A stretch of 64,000 nucleotides of DNA, from contig NC_043008.1 of the NCBI RefSeq assembly GCF_006345805.1, positions 77,748,001-77,812,000 on the forward strand, given 5' to 3'. This document shows positions 50,487-64,000 of this stretch, piece by piece. How positions within the stretch are numbered: the stretch's first letter is position 1; the number at the start of each line of letters is the position of its first letter. The translations under genes were made by a program, and so were the position numbers. This DNA is from Octopus sinensis (Eukaryota). Under the pieces are notes generated by a model. It was not told where the DNA came from. It did no database searches and saw only the letters and a list, made by a program, of their open reading frames with translations.

Positions 50487-53049
50487 TATATATATATAGA
50501 CACACACACACATACAAACACAAGCATACTTACAAATAGTAGGCAAAGATTCATTATTATTTTAAGAAATATTTGAAACCAATCCACTGGTGCCACAAAT
50601 CCCTAGTAATTCTACGATACAAACTTCCTATTAAGAGAGATCTGAATTAAAATCTTATATAAGTTTATGTTTGTTTCCGCACACCAGTTTAATAATTATA
50701 TTACTAAATTCTTCATTATTTTCAATATTAAGTGAATCAAGGATAGCGTATTTTCAAAGGAATATGGTAAGAAAAGGATTTAAAAATAAATCGAATTTTG
50801 AAGACCCGCGAGAATTATACTTATTGTCAGCAGGTTCGAATCAACCACACTAGGTTGGTCACATTGCACCTATCCCCTGTCGTTGTCGCTATTTGGCAAA
50901 TAAGTGCACCCTTAAGCATATACGGTTGGAAAGCCGCATGCGCGCATGTATGTATGCTACTCATGCATTCAAATTTGGTTATATTATGTAAAAAGGTGCG
51001 TGTGCGCAAATGCGTTTCTATGTCTGCCTGGTTATATGCACACGCGCGCACACACACACACATTCACATAAGTACATGTATATATATATGTGTGTATGCG
51101 TGTATTTATGTATGTATGTATGTATGTATGTATGTATCTCTATATCCATGTATGAATGGTTGGATAGGTGTGTTTGAATGTTTGCCACTGTGGACAAATG
51201 TAATCTAACTGACCGAGGTTCGGTTCAAAATCAAATGCAGAATTAATCCAAAGCTGACTTCTGTACATGAAGCAGAATGTAAAATCTTTTAAAAAGTGAT
51301 ACACACCTACAAAATACTCTCTTACATATGAATACACCACTGAAAGTAAGAAACCTTAAATAAACATCACTAACAAAAACAAAGAAAATCGCCATAATAT
51401 CGTGTTCGTAAGGCATAACCAACACGTGAAAACTCAACAATTCCATACCCAAAACGGAAGTAGAAAATCTATACGAAATAAACATATCACATTTCCTGAA
51501 CATGCTGGAAAATAACACCTTTATGAAACCGAAGCTTTGGTGATTATACACGCCATGTCTATTATTATAACATCGGAACCAGTGTTACTGGCTCATTATA
51601 GGACGCCTTGAACGCCCCCAAACGTTCCAGACAAGCAGAATGGGTCAAGTCGTTGTGGTGGTGGTGGTGGTGGTGGTGGTGGAGAATGGGTTACATAGAA
51701 TATATAAAAACAAAAAATAACTACAAGTAGACATTTAAGCATTCCATACAAAGTGAGCTGACGCTAAAAATATGAATGTACCAACCTTATAAAACAAACC
51801 ACCATGTAACTTATCTACAAGACACCCGCTTACACCCTAACTTGCGTCGTGTTCACAGTACAATATTATATAAAAACACAGACAAAAATAGAAGTTACAT
51901 AATAAAATGACAATTAATTTCCACAATATCTCATCTCTAAACATCACTTTAACCAACTAGCTATCATATGCATGTATCTTTTAATATCAAAACACATATC
52001 AATAAACAAAGCGAAGACTTATTCACAAATTAAATAGTGGAGCTATATCTCCAGAAAATGACATTTAATTAAGGTAGGGAAAATTCAATAGTAACACACT
52101 GGCAATCACGGGTGTGTAATTATGTAAATATATTTTGATATATTGTGGGTTATGTTTGGAAGTATCTAGAATTAATTGTTGAATAGATGTACAACAGTCA
52201 ACCTGATAAAAACAAGACAAATACAACACACTAGCATTAGAAGCAACAGAAATAACACTTAACTTTAGCAAATTAACCACAGAAGAAAATATGAAATATA
52301 AAACGTGAAATCATCTGTATTCATCCAAATATCAAAACCGAAAACAAGGTATAGCAACGCCTCAATACAACCCACATGATCATTAGAAGTCGATGTGACA
52401 GTCACACACATGAAAAATTGGACATTAACCGTGTGATTAAAAACTGCATATCGAGTTGTATACAATGGTTCTTAGCTAAAGAAAGGCTTTAATGATGTTA
52501 TGGATATCATTATGGATATCACACCTAGAATTTTATTAGATTATCTACCTATAGCGACAAATGTTGACCAGCCTGAAGCTACACACCATTCAGTACCGAA
52601 CAAGAAAACAACAGCATCAAAAACGCTCACACATATGGAGAGAATGGGAAATATAGATAAACAAATTGATAGGTAAAATGATAAAAAGCTACATTCCTTA
52701 GCGCTTTCAATACATCACACTATTCACACACACACACACACACACACACATAAGCGTCTGCTTGTGTATGTAACATGGGGTAATTTATTGACGGTGCTAA
52801 GGAATGCCACTTGTCTATCATTTTCTGACGATATTGTATAAAACACTGGGAAAAACTTAGAGCAAATTGTTTCTAGGTAAAATACATATGTAAGATACTA
52901 AGTATGATGTTAATGTAGCTGTGATTCAACTCCCTTTCACCGTAACTGGTAGTAGGGTTCAAAAAGCAAGGTGGTGAGCTTCATTAAAGTGTGGAGATAT
53001 TGTACAATATCTAATATTCAATAAAATTACATGTATGTACTAGTTTTGC

Positions 53050-54050
<1,001 letters not shown>

Positions 54051-54051
54051 A

Positions 54052-54084
<33 letters not shown>

Positions 54085-54205
54085 CTGTCTATGGGCGTGC
54101 TGTCTCTTCGACTCCGAAGGTAATTGTTTATTTTGACTATTTATAGGCCAATTTTTGTGTACATTTTTGTAAATAAGTTGTGTAAGGCACCCAACTTTCG
54201 TTTGA

Positions 54206-56474
54206 GTGCTTTTCCAAGGGAGGAATTCGCCCCTAGGGGCAGTTTCAACCCCATTTAATTTTTGTAATTTCTTTCTAGACATTTTCAAAATGTCAAGAAA
54301 TTGTATTGTAGAACGATGGTCGCGTTCCTTTATCGACCAGCTTTCTCCTAGACTGGAAACGCTAGGAGAAAAAAAAGAATTTTGCGCGCAAAGTAAAATT
54401 ATCAATGAATTTGCAATGAACGCTACTACTACGTGTAGTAACAGCCCTGTCACCAACACCGCCACTAGCAAGAGCAACATAGAGACTTCTACTGTTACCA
54501 CCACCGCCTTCACCACCACCACCACCACCGCCGCCACCTCATCCACTACCTCAACTACCAACAGCAACAACAATAACAATGACAACAAAAATAAAAATTG
54601 CGCCACCATTTCGACATCTGCTGCCTCGGCTGTCTCTTCTGCCACTGACACCACCACCAACAACAAAAACAACAACAACGACAATTCCGTTCAGACCTGT
54701 TTTACTCCAACTACAAGAACTGAAGTGAATAAACAAAAAACTGTAACCACCAAACAAATTGACAAAAGCTGCTCGAATACAGGGATAAATTATGAAAATA
54801 ATTTTCCACCCCTTCCTACTTGCACAATCGAACCAAACACACCAATTTTACAAACTGCAGCCAACAACAACATCACCACCAGCAACAACAATAACAAAAC
54901 AACAACAAATTTCGCTGAGGCGATTAAAGAAAAAAAAAACAACAGTATATTCTACTGCTCAACAAATACAAGACACAAACATTACAATAACAGAATTAGA
55001 TGGTATAGTGAAGATAAACATACCAGAAGAAATATTGGAAGATGAAAAAAAAGAACAATTATTTATAAAATAATTAATAAGAAAACAAAAAGCCCAGAGA
55101 ACGCTAACACAAGCAAAATAGAAAAATGCTTGAAACCCATCTGGAACTACAAAGACTATGTGACCTGGTGGAACAAGTTCGCCCACATAAAAGTGGTTTT
55201 CCACACTGAAGAGTTAGCAAGACGTTTCTCAACGCTAACTCTTCATTCAGATGAACTTACACTAACACCAAGTTATCGAGGACAGAAAGTGACTAAGATC
55301 ACTTTAAACAATGTCCCCAAAATAGCCAATAATCTATGGCTAGTAAAGGCCTTATGTGTAAAAATGACAAATTTCACTATTTTGGAAACCACGGTCACGG
55401 AGCACAAAAACTGGGTGGGAAAAAAAGTAGAATTTCTACTACACGTAAATCAAGAAGACATAAAAAAATACCCACCCAGATATGTGTATCAGAAGACCAC
55501 AAGTTGTATGTGGTCGTCGATGGCAGAAAACCACGTTGCTACATATGCGGCAGTGAGCAACACCTAAAAAAAGACTGCAAATCTGCCGCAAGAAAACAAC
55601 AACAACAACAACAGCAGCCGGAAAAAACAATTAAACCAGGTTTACTACCCACACCACGTTTAGCACGAACAAACCTCACCAACCAAACAACCACACCAAC
55701 TGCAGCACCAAGAACAGAAGCAACATCACCAACAACAACCAAGAATAAACCAACTCCCAAACCAAGGACATCTGCCAAAAAGACACTCAGCGAAAATGAA
55801 GAAACAATTACAACTCCAAATCCCCACAAAATTGAGACCCCAAACAACACAACAATACCTACAATCACTCAAACACAAAATACCCACACCCCACCTCCAA
55901 AACCGCATACACCACAAGCAAATGCTCACCAACCAACACCAACAACAAAATCAACACAGTCTACAATAGACCCCAATATTTTCCCTCTTCCAAGCTCTGA
56001 TTCGTCTGATTTGTCATTAGACGAAGAAGACACGGAAGATTGGCAAATAGCCACAGGGGGGAGAAGAAAAAGGGGAAAAAAAGAAAAGAAAAAATAACAA
56101 ACAAAGCAGGAAGATACACCACTCCCGAAACAAAAACATCCACAGAAAACAAACACATCAACACAAACACACCATCATCAAACCCCCCAACAATGTTGAC
56201 AGCCATAAACACAAACAACCACGACCTAATGGAACACATTAGGTCAAACACCAACATAACTGAAAACGACATAAAAACAAGTAACCACCCACGCACAACA
56301 CCACCACAACACATTAAAATAATACACGTAACACAGAACACATACAGCACCCTGAAATCTCTTTACCCTGATGCAGTAGGGAGATTTCAAAAGTATTCAT
56401 CGAAAAAACTGTACAAAAGCCTCATAGAAGAAGACCGTGAGGTGAAAGACAAAGGACTTTCGAACAACAAGTAA
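54206..56474 (+). pseudogene. Tx1 ORF1, frameshifted (Thr/Asn-rich N-terminus, RRM-like region, CCHC knuckle, Pro/Thr-rich linker, conserved tail domain)
   Basis: Pieces in ORFs 54206, 54792, 55130, 55336 and 56040, with CYICGSEQHLKKDC. The breaks located by eye fall mostly in A-runs. Confidence 0.8.
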
Positions 56475-56540
56475 CCTTTTCTCTCTCTCTTTCCTTTTTT
56501 GCACTTTCTTTTCGTGTGTAAAACACAATTTTATCGGAAC

Positions 56541-59500
56541 ATGCTCAGAATAGGCAGTATAAATGTACGTGGTTTGGGGTCGCCTTGGAAACAAGGCTAC
56601 CTGTTAAATGACATCAAGTCACTAAATCTGAATATCATAGCCATCAGTGAGACCAGACTCCACAGCTTGCGGGCACTCCAGCACATTTTCGGTACACATT
56701 TTAACATTTATTTTTCTCCGTGTCTACTGAGAATGGGCGGAGGTGGCACCGCGGTGCTTATCCGGAAGTGTCTGGATCTCAAAGTAAGAGCAAATTTCCT
56801 AGACCCGGAGGGTAGGCTGGTCGTTTTGGATGTCGATGGCAGCAATGAGTGTGCTTTTCGACTGATAGCAGTTTATGCTCCGTCCTTAACAGGCCGACCA
56901 GATTTCTTTCGACGTCTAGAGTCTTTCATGGGAACGTCTCGTCCTTTACTTTTAGTGGGGTATTGGAATGCCACCCTGGACACGCATCTAGACTACGTGG
57001 GCAGAGATAGCAATAGAAGGGGATGCAAATGCCTCAAAGACCTGCTCAGACGTTTCCAACTGTCTGACAGGTACCGATTGGACCACCCGAATGTGCCAAT
57101 GTGGACATGAGTAACCGCATCGGGTCGTCCAGATCATACTTAGATAGAGTATTCTGTAGGACAATAGATAAAAATAGTGTAGGTTGTCCACAATTTCATA
57201 TAGTCAGTTACACAGATCACAAGTTTGTGACTTGTACACTTGACTTAGATAAGACACATAGGCAGGGTCCTGGTTACTGGAAACTGAACGCGTCTTTTAC
57301 AGCACGACAGGTTTACAGGGACCGGATCAGCACATTAGTTAAGAGAGCTTTGACGGGTACCATCATCAACAACAGATGGTGGTATGCCCTAAAAAAAGCA
57401 ATTAAAGCAGAATCAGTCAGATACAGTAGAGCCCTAGCATTAGACCGAAATAGAATAGAGGGAGAATTAGTTAAGGTTTTAGAAGAGGCACTTAGAACAG
57501 GCATCGCGTCCAACGTGCTGGCGGCGAGATTGGCCCTCGACCAACACCTCAACGCCAAACACGAGGGATGCGTTGTCAGAGCTAGGATGCGTGCTCTGAG
57601 GAACGAAGGAGTTGGAGCCGCCCAAGAGGCCCGAGTGGTGGAGACGCAACGAGGCAACAGAGCCACCATCAAGTCTCTTATAGATGAACAGGGGCGCGAA
57701 TTGCTCGAGCCTAAAAGGATGTGTGGGGCTTTTCAATAACACTTCACCCAACTGTTTGGGACAAGTGGTGAATCAGAACGCAGAGTGGACTTTAGCGCCT
57801 ACCTGCATGCCTTGCCACGACTCTCAGCAAGGAAGGTGGAGTCTTGTGAAAGGCCTATCACAGCTGCGGACGTACAGGATGCGATGGTAGGCTGCGCGAG
57901 AGACAAGTCACCAGGCTTGGATGGTCTGCCCTACGAACTTTATTTTCATATGCCAGACTTGTTTGGAGGCGTCTTGGCAGCTGTCTACTGCAACTGGCAG
58001 CAAAACGGGAGTATTCCTGCTTTTGTAAAGCGAGGAGCAGTGGCACTGATTAAGAAAGACCCAAACAAGGGGGACGTCATAGATAATTTCAGGCCCATCA
58101 CACTGCTCAACGCAGATATGAAAATTTTGGCCAAGGTGTTAGCCGAGAGGTTGGCGCTTGTCATCAAGAAACTAATCGACAAGGCGCAAACATGCGCCGT
58201 GCCGGGTAGAAGTATTCATGACAACCTCCATCTGATGCGCTACATCATAGACAGGGTAGTTAAGAATCCTGGCATGGGTGGGGCGCTGATCAATTTGGAT
58301 CAATCAAAAGCCTTCGATAGGGTAGACCATCACTACTTGGAGGCTGTCCTTAAAGCGGCTGGTTTCGGTCCAGTTTTCCGCGGTTGGATCGCTGCCTTAT
58401 ACAGCGGCATCCGCTCAGTAGTTCGCGTAAATGGTCATCTATCCAGACCTTTTAACATCATGCGTTCGGTTCGTCAGGGATGTCCCCTCTCATCGCTGCT
58501 GTATGTACTGACTCTTGAGCCACTACTACGGAAACTGGCGACGTTGAAGGGCATCCCACGAGAGCTGGGATGCGGGAGGAGCGTGTCTGCATACGCGGAT
58601 GACGTCACCGTCATAGTGTCGAGCTACGAGCACATCGAGCTGGTCGGCGAGACACTAAAAGAATACGAAGCGGTGACGGGAGCAAAAATTAACGGGGAAA
58701 AGTCAGTGGGCTTGCGGCTCGGCACCTGGAGAAGCAGGCCCATGCCGTCCAACAGCGTCTCCATCGTGGGACGCTGGACGGACGGACCGGTTAAATTGCT
58801 GGGGGTCTGGTTCGGTCCGGACCTCCAAATGGAGAAGAACTGGGGCGAGATAACGACTAGGGTGGCTACTCTCACCCAGAAATGGGCTGAGAGAAAGCTA
58901 TCCCTAAAAGGTCGGGCGGAGGTGGCGAACGCGTACATCGCATCCGTCATCGAGTATCGTCTGACCGTCGTGCCTTGTCCCGACCCTACCATCACCAAAC
59001 TGGAACGTATACTCTTCCGCTTCTTGTGGAAGGGAAACGTTCCGATGGTTAGGCGATCCATTTGCTGTCAACACCCGCTAAATGGAGGGCTGGGCATGCC
59101 GTGGTTGATGATGCGCAGACATGCGCTGAGACTGCGACATCTCCGGCGCTTCATAGACAACGGTGAACAGGTGTGGTCGCCTTTTGTGCGGCTCGCTTTC
59201 CCGCAGCTCGTCTCCTTGGACGAACTACAGTCATGGATCAAGCAGAGACCGAGGCTAGGCGAATGGCACCGCGAGTATCGCGTTGCTCTCAAGCAACTCT
59301 GCCGTCCGGGATCGAACTTGTGCGACTCCATCACAACAAAGGCATTCTATAGAGGATTAGTGGAGGGGAGGTGCGACGACGAACTCGGGCAGAGTCTGGG
59401 CGTCGACGAGGAACACCTGACCCGCCTGTTCAGGACAACTTTCGGGCCGGGACCTATGAACACTCACCAAAGATCCCTGGCCTGGCAGTGCTATCGAGAA

Positions 59501-59969
59501 GCATTACCTGTTCGGGATAAGCTCTACAGACACGGTTCCAGACACACTGGACCGACTTGCCCGAGATGCGGTCAGAGCGACGAAACCGTTCTGCACGCAC
59601 TTGTGCAATGTCCAACCATTTCCGACCTGTGGGCTTATGCCGAACGGCTGCTGTCACGTGTGGGACGAATCCGCCTATCGGCCGGGTCTATTGTGAGAAT
59701 TGCTCCGCCCCCTTCACTCAACCGGGAAGGCAAGGCAGTTTTCATCGTACCATGGTGAAAGAATGTGTGTGGTGGACCCGAGCGAAAGGATTAGAGACAA
59801 ACACTTACCTCTCTGGCCAATCGCTCATCAACTTTTTCAAGTACCACTTGAAAAGGAAGGTGAGAATGGAGAGGGAAGTTTTGTCTCGCGAAAGATTCAA
59901 AAAAAGATGGGGAATGTTGCAAAGATGGTGCGTGCTAGTAACGAAACCATTTTGAGCATGATCCTGTAG
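56541..59969 (+). pseudogene. Tx1 ORF2: apurinic-like endonuclease, reverse transcriptase and C-terminal zinc motif
   Basis: IGSINVRGL, ISETRL, IAVYAP, YLDRVF, YTDHKF; KSPGLDGL, FRPITLLNAD, DQSKAFDRV, VRQGCPLS, YADD; CPRC..ETVLHALVQC. Breaks at about 57108 (frameshift), 57737 (TAA) and 59750 (small deletion). Confidence 0.95.
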
Positions 59970-60273
59970 ATCGTAAAAGAAAGAAAGAGAGCATTTGATC
60001 TCATGTGGTTATTTCCTCCCTGACTGGGGTTCCCGTGGTCTTTTCTGTAGGCTTTTCTTCCCACGGATGAACCCAATCTTATTATATCAATGTTTATATC
60101 ATTATTTCTGTGATACACGATTTCCTTTTTTTTTCCTTTTTTTCCTCCTCTCGATCCCTTTTGATCGCAATCTTACATTTATTTTCTTTTTTTCCACCCT
60201 CGAAAAGAAAAGCTCTGCATTTGTATTTGTCCCCTCTGTATTCAGCCTTGTGTGGCTAATAAAAGAAAGAAAG

Positions 60274-60274
60274 A

Positions 60275-60349
<75 letters not shown>

Positions 60350-60367
60350 ATATCTATCTATCTATCT
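60274..60367. repeat. (TATC)n spacer between Tx1 copies
   Basis: Directly visible. Confidence 0.97.
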
Positions 60368-62519
60368 ATGACAACCTCCATCTGATGCGCTACATCATAG
60401 ACAGGGTAGTTAACGAACCTGGCATGGGGTGGGCCCTGATCAACTTGGATCAATGGAAAGCCTTTGATAGGGTGACCATCGATACTTGGAGGCAGTCCTG
60501 AGAGCGGCTGGTTTCGGTCCCGTCTTCCGCGGCTGGATAGCTGCCTTGTACAGAGGCATCCGTTCGGTAATTCGCGTAAATGGACATCTATCGAGACCTT
60601 TCGACATTGCACGTTCGGTCCGTCAGGGATGCCCCCTCTCGGCGCTTCTATACGTATTGACTCTTGAGCCACTACTGCGGAAGCTGGCGACTCTAAGGGG
60701 CATCCCGCGAGAATTGGGATGCGGGACGAGCGTGTCTGCATACGCGGACGACGTCACCGTCATAGTGTCTAGCCACGAGCACATCGAGCTGGTCGGCGAG
60801 ACACTGAAAAACTACGAAGCGGTGACAGGAGCGAAAATCAACGGGAAAAGTCAGTGGGCTTGCGACTAGGCACCTGGAGAAACAAGCCCATGCCGTCCAC
60901 CAGCGCCTCTGTCGTGGGACGCTGGACCGACGGCCCGGTTGAGTTGCTCGGGGTCTGGTTGGTCCGGACCTCCAAGTGGAGAAGAACTGGAACGAGATAA
61001 CGAGTAGGGTGGTCACTCTCGCCCGGCAATGGGCCGAGAGGAAACTGTCCCTAAAAGGTCGAGCGGAGGTGGCGAACACGTACATCGCGTCCGTCATCTA
61101 CTACCGCCTGACCGTCGTACCTTGTCCCGACCCTACCATCACCAAACTACAACGCATCCTCTTTCGCTTCTTGTGGAAAGGATGCGTCCCGATGGTCAGG
61201 CGATCCATTTGCTGTCAACACCCGTTAAAAGAAGGGCTGGGCATGCCGTGGTTGATGATGCGCAGACACGCGCTGAGACTGCGACATCTCTGGCTCTATG
61301 TAGACGACGGTGAACAGGTGTGGTCGCCGTTTGTGAGGCACGCTTTCCCGCAGCTCGTCTCCATGACCGAACTGCAGTCGTGGATCAAAAAGAGGCCGAG
61401 GAAGGGCGAATGGCACCGCGAGTGTCGCGTTGCTCTCAAGCAACTCTGCCGTCCTGGGTCGACCTTAAGTCACTTCAACACAACCAAAGCATTCTATAGG
61501 GGTTTAGTGGAGGGGAGGTACGACGACGAGCTCGGGGCAAACCTGGACGTCGACGAGGAGTACCTGACCCGCCTGTTCGGGACGACTTTCGGGCCAGGGC
61601 CCATGGACAACTTCCAGAGATCCCTGGCCTGGCAGTGCTACCGAGAAGCGCTACCCGTTCGGGATAAGCTCTACAGACACGGCTCGAGAAACACGGGGCC
61701 GACCTGCCCGAGATGCGGTCAGAGCGACGAAACCGTTCTGCACGCACTCGTTCAGTGTCCAACAATTTCCGACCTGTGGGCTTATGTCGAACAACTGCTG
61801 TCACGTGTAGGACGAGTCGGTTTATCAGCTGAGTCTATCGTCAATATTGTCACGCCTCCTTCCTTCAAACGGGAAGGAAGAGCTATTTTCATCATCCTTG
61901 TGGCTATGGCGAAAGAATGTATCTGGTGGACGCGTCTGAAAGGATTGGAGACAAACACTTTCCTCTCTGGTCAATCTCTCATCAACTTCTTCAAGTACCA
62001 CTTGAAAAGGAAAGTGAGAGTAGAGAGGCAAGTTTTGTCTAGCGAATGTTTTAAAAAAAGATGGGTGAATGTAGCAAGAATGGCACGTATGAATGACGAA
62101 GCCACCTTGAGCATAGTCCTATGAACCCAGAAATCGAAGACAGAGAGTTGCTTATTTGCAAAAAAAAAAAAAAAAAAAAAGAAATATAAAATGTGACTTC
62201 ATTGACCGAGGTTACCGTGGTCTTTTCCGTAGGCTTTTCTTTCCACAGGTAAACCTCACCTGTCCTCCCCTTTACACTTCATATTGACATTTCTGTGATA
62301 ACGATCCCTATTGATCAATTTTTTTTTCCTCTCCCCCCCCTTTTTTTTTTTTTTAACCCCCCCCTTTTTTTTGTCCTCTTTCTCTCCTTTTACGATCCCT
62401 TTTGATCGAAACTCCCCCTTCCTTTTTTTTTTTTTTTTTTTTTTTAAACCTTCAAAAGAAAAGCTCTACCTTGTAATTTGTTCTATCTGTGTGCAGCCCT
62501 GTGTGGCTAATAAAGAAAC
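60368..62519 (+). mobile_element. 5'-truncated Tx1 copy (RT to 3' UTR)
   Basis: Begins at ATGACAACCTCC (HDNLHL), with RQGCPLS, YADD, a 382-aa open C-terminal frame (60976-62124) and the 3' end GTGTGGCTAATAAAGAAAC-ATATCTATCT. Confidence 0.95.
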
Positions 62520-62641
62520 ATATCTATCTATAAGTGTGTGTGTGTATCTGTGTGCGTGCGTGTGTATGTGTATAGAAAAAAAATCCCATTTTCCGTAGCG
62601 GTGTCGTATGAAATTGTCACCCATAATTATAGCCCTAGTAT

Positions 62642-62707
62642 CGTCTTGCAACCTTTTCAATAGTTTTGACTCTCAATAGTCAAAACTATTGAAAAGGTTG
62701 CAAGACG
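62642..62707. repeat. Perfect 30-bp inverted repeat with a 6-nt loop
   Basis: CGTCTTGCAACCTTTTCAATAGTTTTGACT-ctcaat-AGTCAAAACTATTGAAAAGGTTGCAAGACG. Confidence 0.95.
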
Positions 62708-62882
62708 CAAGGAAAATTTTAGAAAAATAAAAATAAGAAATAGGTGTAAATTTTACCGGTGAGTGTGTTACATTATAAGGCACAAAAAGGAAATGACTCT
62801 CCCCAGACACAACATAATATGCTTCAACATACGAACTCATATAAAGAAAAAAACAAATCCAAAAACGAAATTATTATTAATA

Positions 62883-62972
<90 letters not shown>

Positions 62973-63009
62973 TATTATTATTATTATTATTATTAGTATT
63001 TTCATTAAG

Positions 63010-63570
63010 TGAGAGAGCAGTGCATGCCATCAAAGTGTCACTGGGGTGAAAAATACGAAACCCAGTATACCCATCATGACTACCCGTCTGATAAGAGTAC
63101 ACCAGGCACATGCATCACAACCATATGTGCGCGACATGGTGATCTCATATCAAGATAAACAGAGCATGACCTTGCAGGTGGAGCCCAGTTAGAATTTTCT
63201 TCTCGTTGAGTAGCCCATCCCACACAAAATGTCCCTGAATAAAGATTGTTTAAGGAAGTTGAACGAACCACCCATGTTTCCAAAGGTGAATTATCCAAAC
63301 CTCTAAGAATTCCTTTCAACACACGGCTATGATGCTCCCACACTACTTCTGCTCGTGATCGGAGGTGCACATATCGTCAGTCATTAAAGGAGATGGTCAA
63401 CTGGTTAAGGTCAAACAACTGACAAGCAAATCTGTGATACTGAGCAGAATATTTGCTGTAGCCCATCTTTTATACCAAGACAAAAATATTTACATGTTAA
63501 CACTTCCAATCAGTTAAGATCAGAAACCATGAGAGCCACTGTCTGGTACCGCATCAGGGCATTTATTATT

Positions 63571-63611
<41 letters not shown>

Positions 63612-63890
63612 TATTGAGTGCGAGAGCAGTGCGTGCCATCAAAGTGACACTGGGGTAAAATATACGAAACCCAGTATACCCATCATCACTACCCGTCTGA
63701 TAAGGGTACACCAAGGACATGCATCACAACCATATGTGCGCGACTGGTGATCTCATATCAAGATAAAGAGTACATGACCTTGCAGTTGGGGCCCAGTTAG
63801 AATTTTCTTCAGGTTGAGTAGCCCATCCCGCTCAAAAGATCCTTGAATAAGGGTTGTTTAAAGATGTTGAACGAAACACCAAAGTTCCCA
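63010..63890. repeat. Two tandem copies of a ~560-bp interspersed repeat (63010-63570 and truncated 63613-63890), separated by (ATC)n
   Basis: GAGAGCAGTGC(A/G)TGCCATCAAAGTG..CCCAGTATACCCATCA..GGGCCCAGTTAGAATTTTCTT occurs in both. Class not determined. Confidence 0.85.
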
Positions 63891-64000
63891 AAGGTTCGAT
63901 AAAATAACTACCAGTAATCGATTAGTCCCCTCCCCCATATTTCAGGCCTTGTGCCTGTAGTGGAAAGAATTATTATTATCATTATTATTTATTATTATCA

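Larger units (their letters stand above)
54092..60273 (+). mobile_element. Near full-length Tx1-clade LINE (about 6.2 kb), disrupted
   Basis: 5' UTR, ORF1 with CCHC knuckle, ORF2 with endonuclease, RT and C-terminal zinc motif, pyrimidine-rich 3' UTR ending GTGTGGCTAATAAAAGAAAG, and (TATC)n on both sides. Confidence 0.97.

Overview
Repeat-saturated, AT-rich animal genomic DNA, most likely an octopus or other cephalopod (inferred from SINE types and microsatellite density). No host protein-coding gene can be called with confidence, and most listed ORFs are microsatellite artefacts. The window is dominated by L1-group Tx1-clade LINEs: one near full-length but disrupted copy, several 5'-truncated or internally deleted copies, and an ORF1-only element. 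It also holds remnants of Gypsy LTR, Penelope-like (PLE), R4-like, Tc1/mariner and hAT elements, tRNA-type SINEs and MITEs. Two systems stand out. (1) At 12.3-14.9 kb, an ORF1-only 'half-LINE' with an intact 404-aa ORF sits between 16-bp target-site duplications inside a type I hammerhead-ribozyme-like sequence. The two flanks re-pair into one extended hammerhead preceded by TATA and octamer motifs, and the 3' half is also present as a 674-bp inverted duplication. (2) At 37-40.5 kb and 53-62.5 kb, a Tx1 family has every junction in or abutting (TATC)n/(GATA)n microsatellite and builds a head-to-tail array, consistent with microsatellite target specificity. All family assignments come from motif recognition by eye, with no database search.
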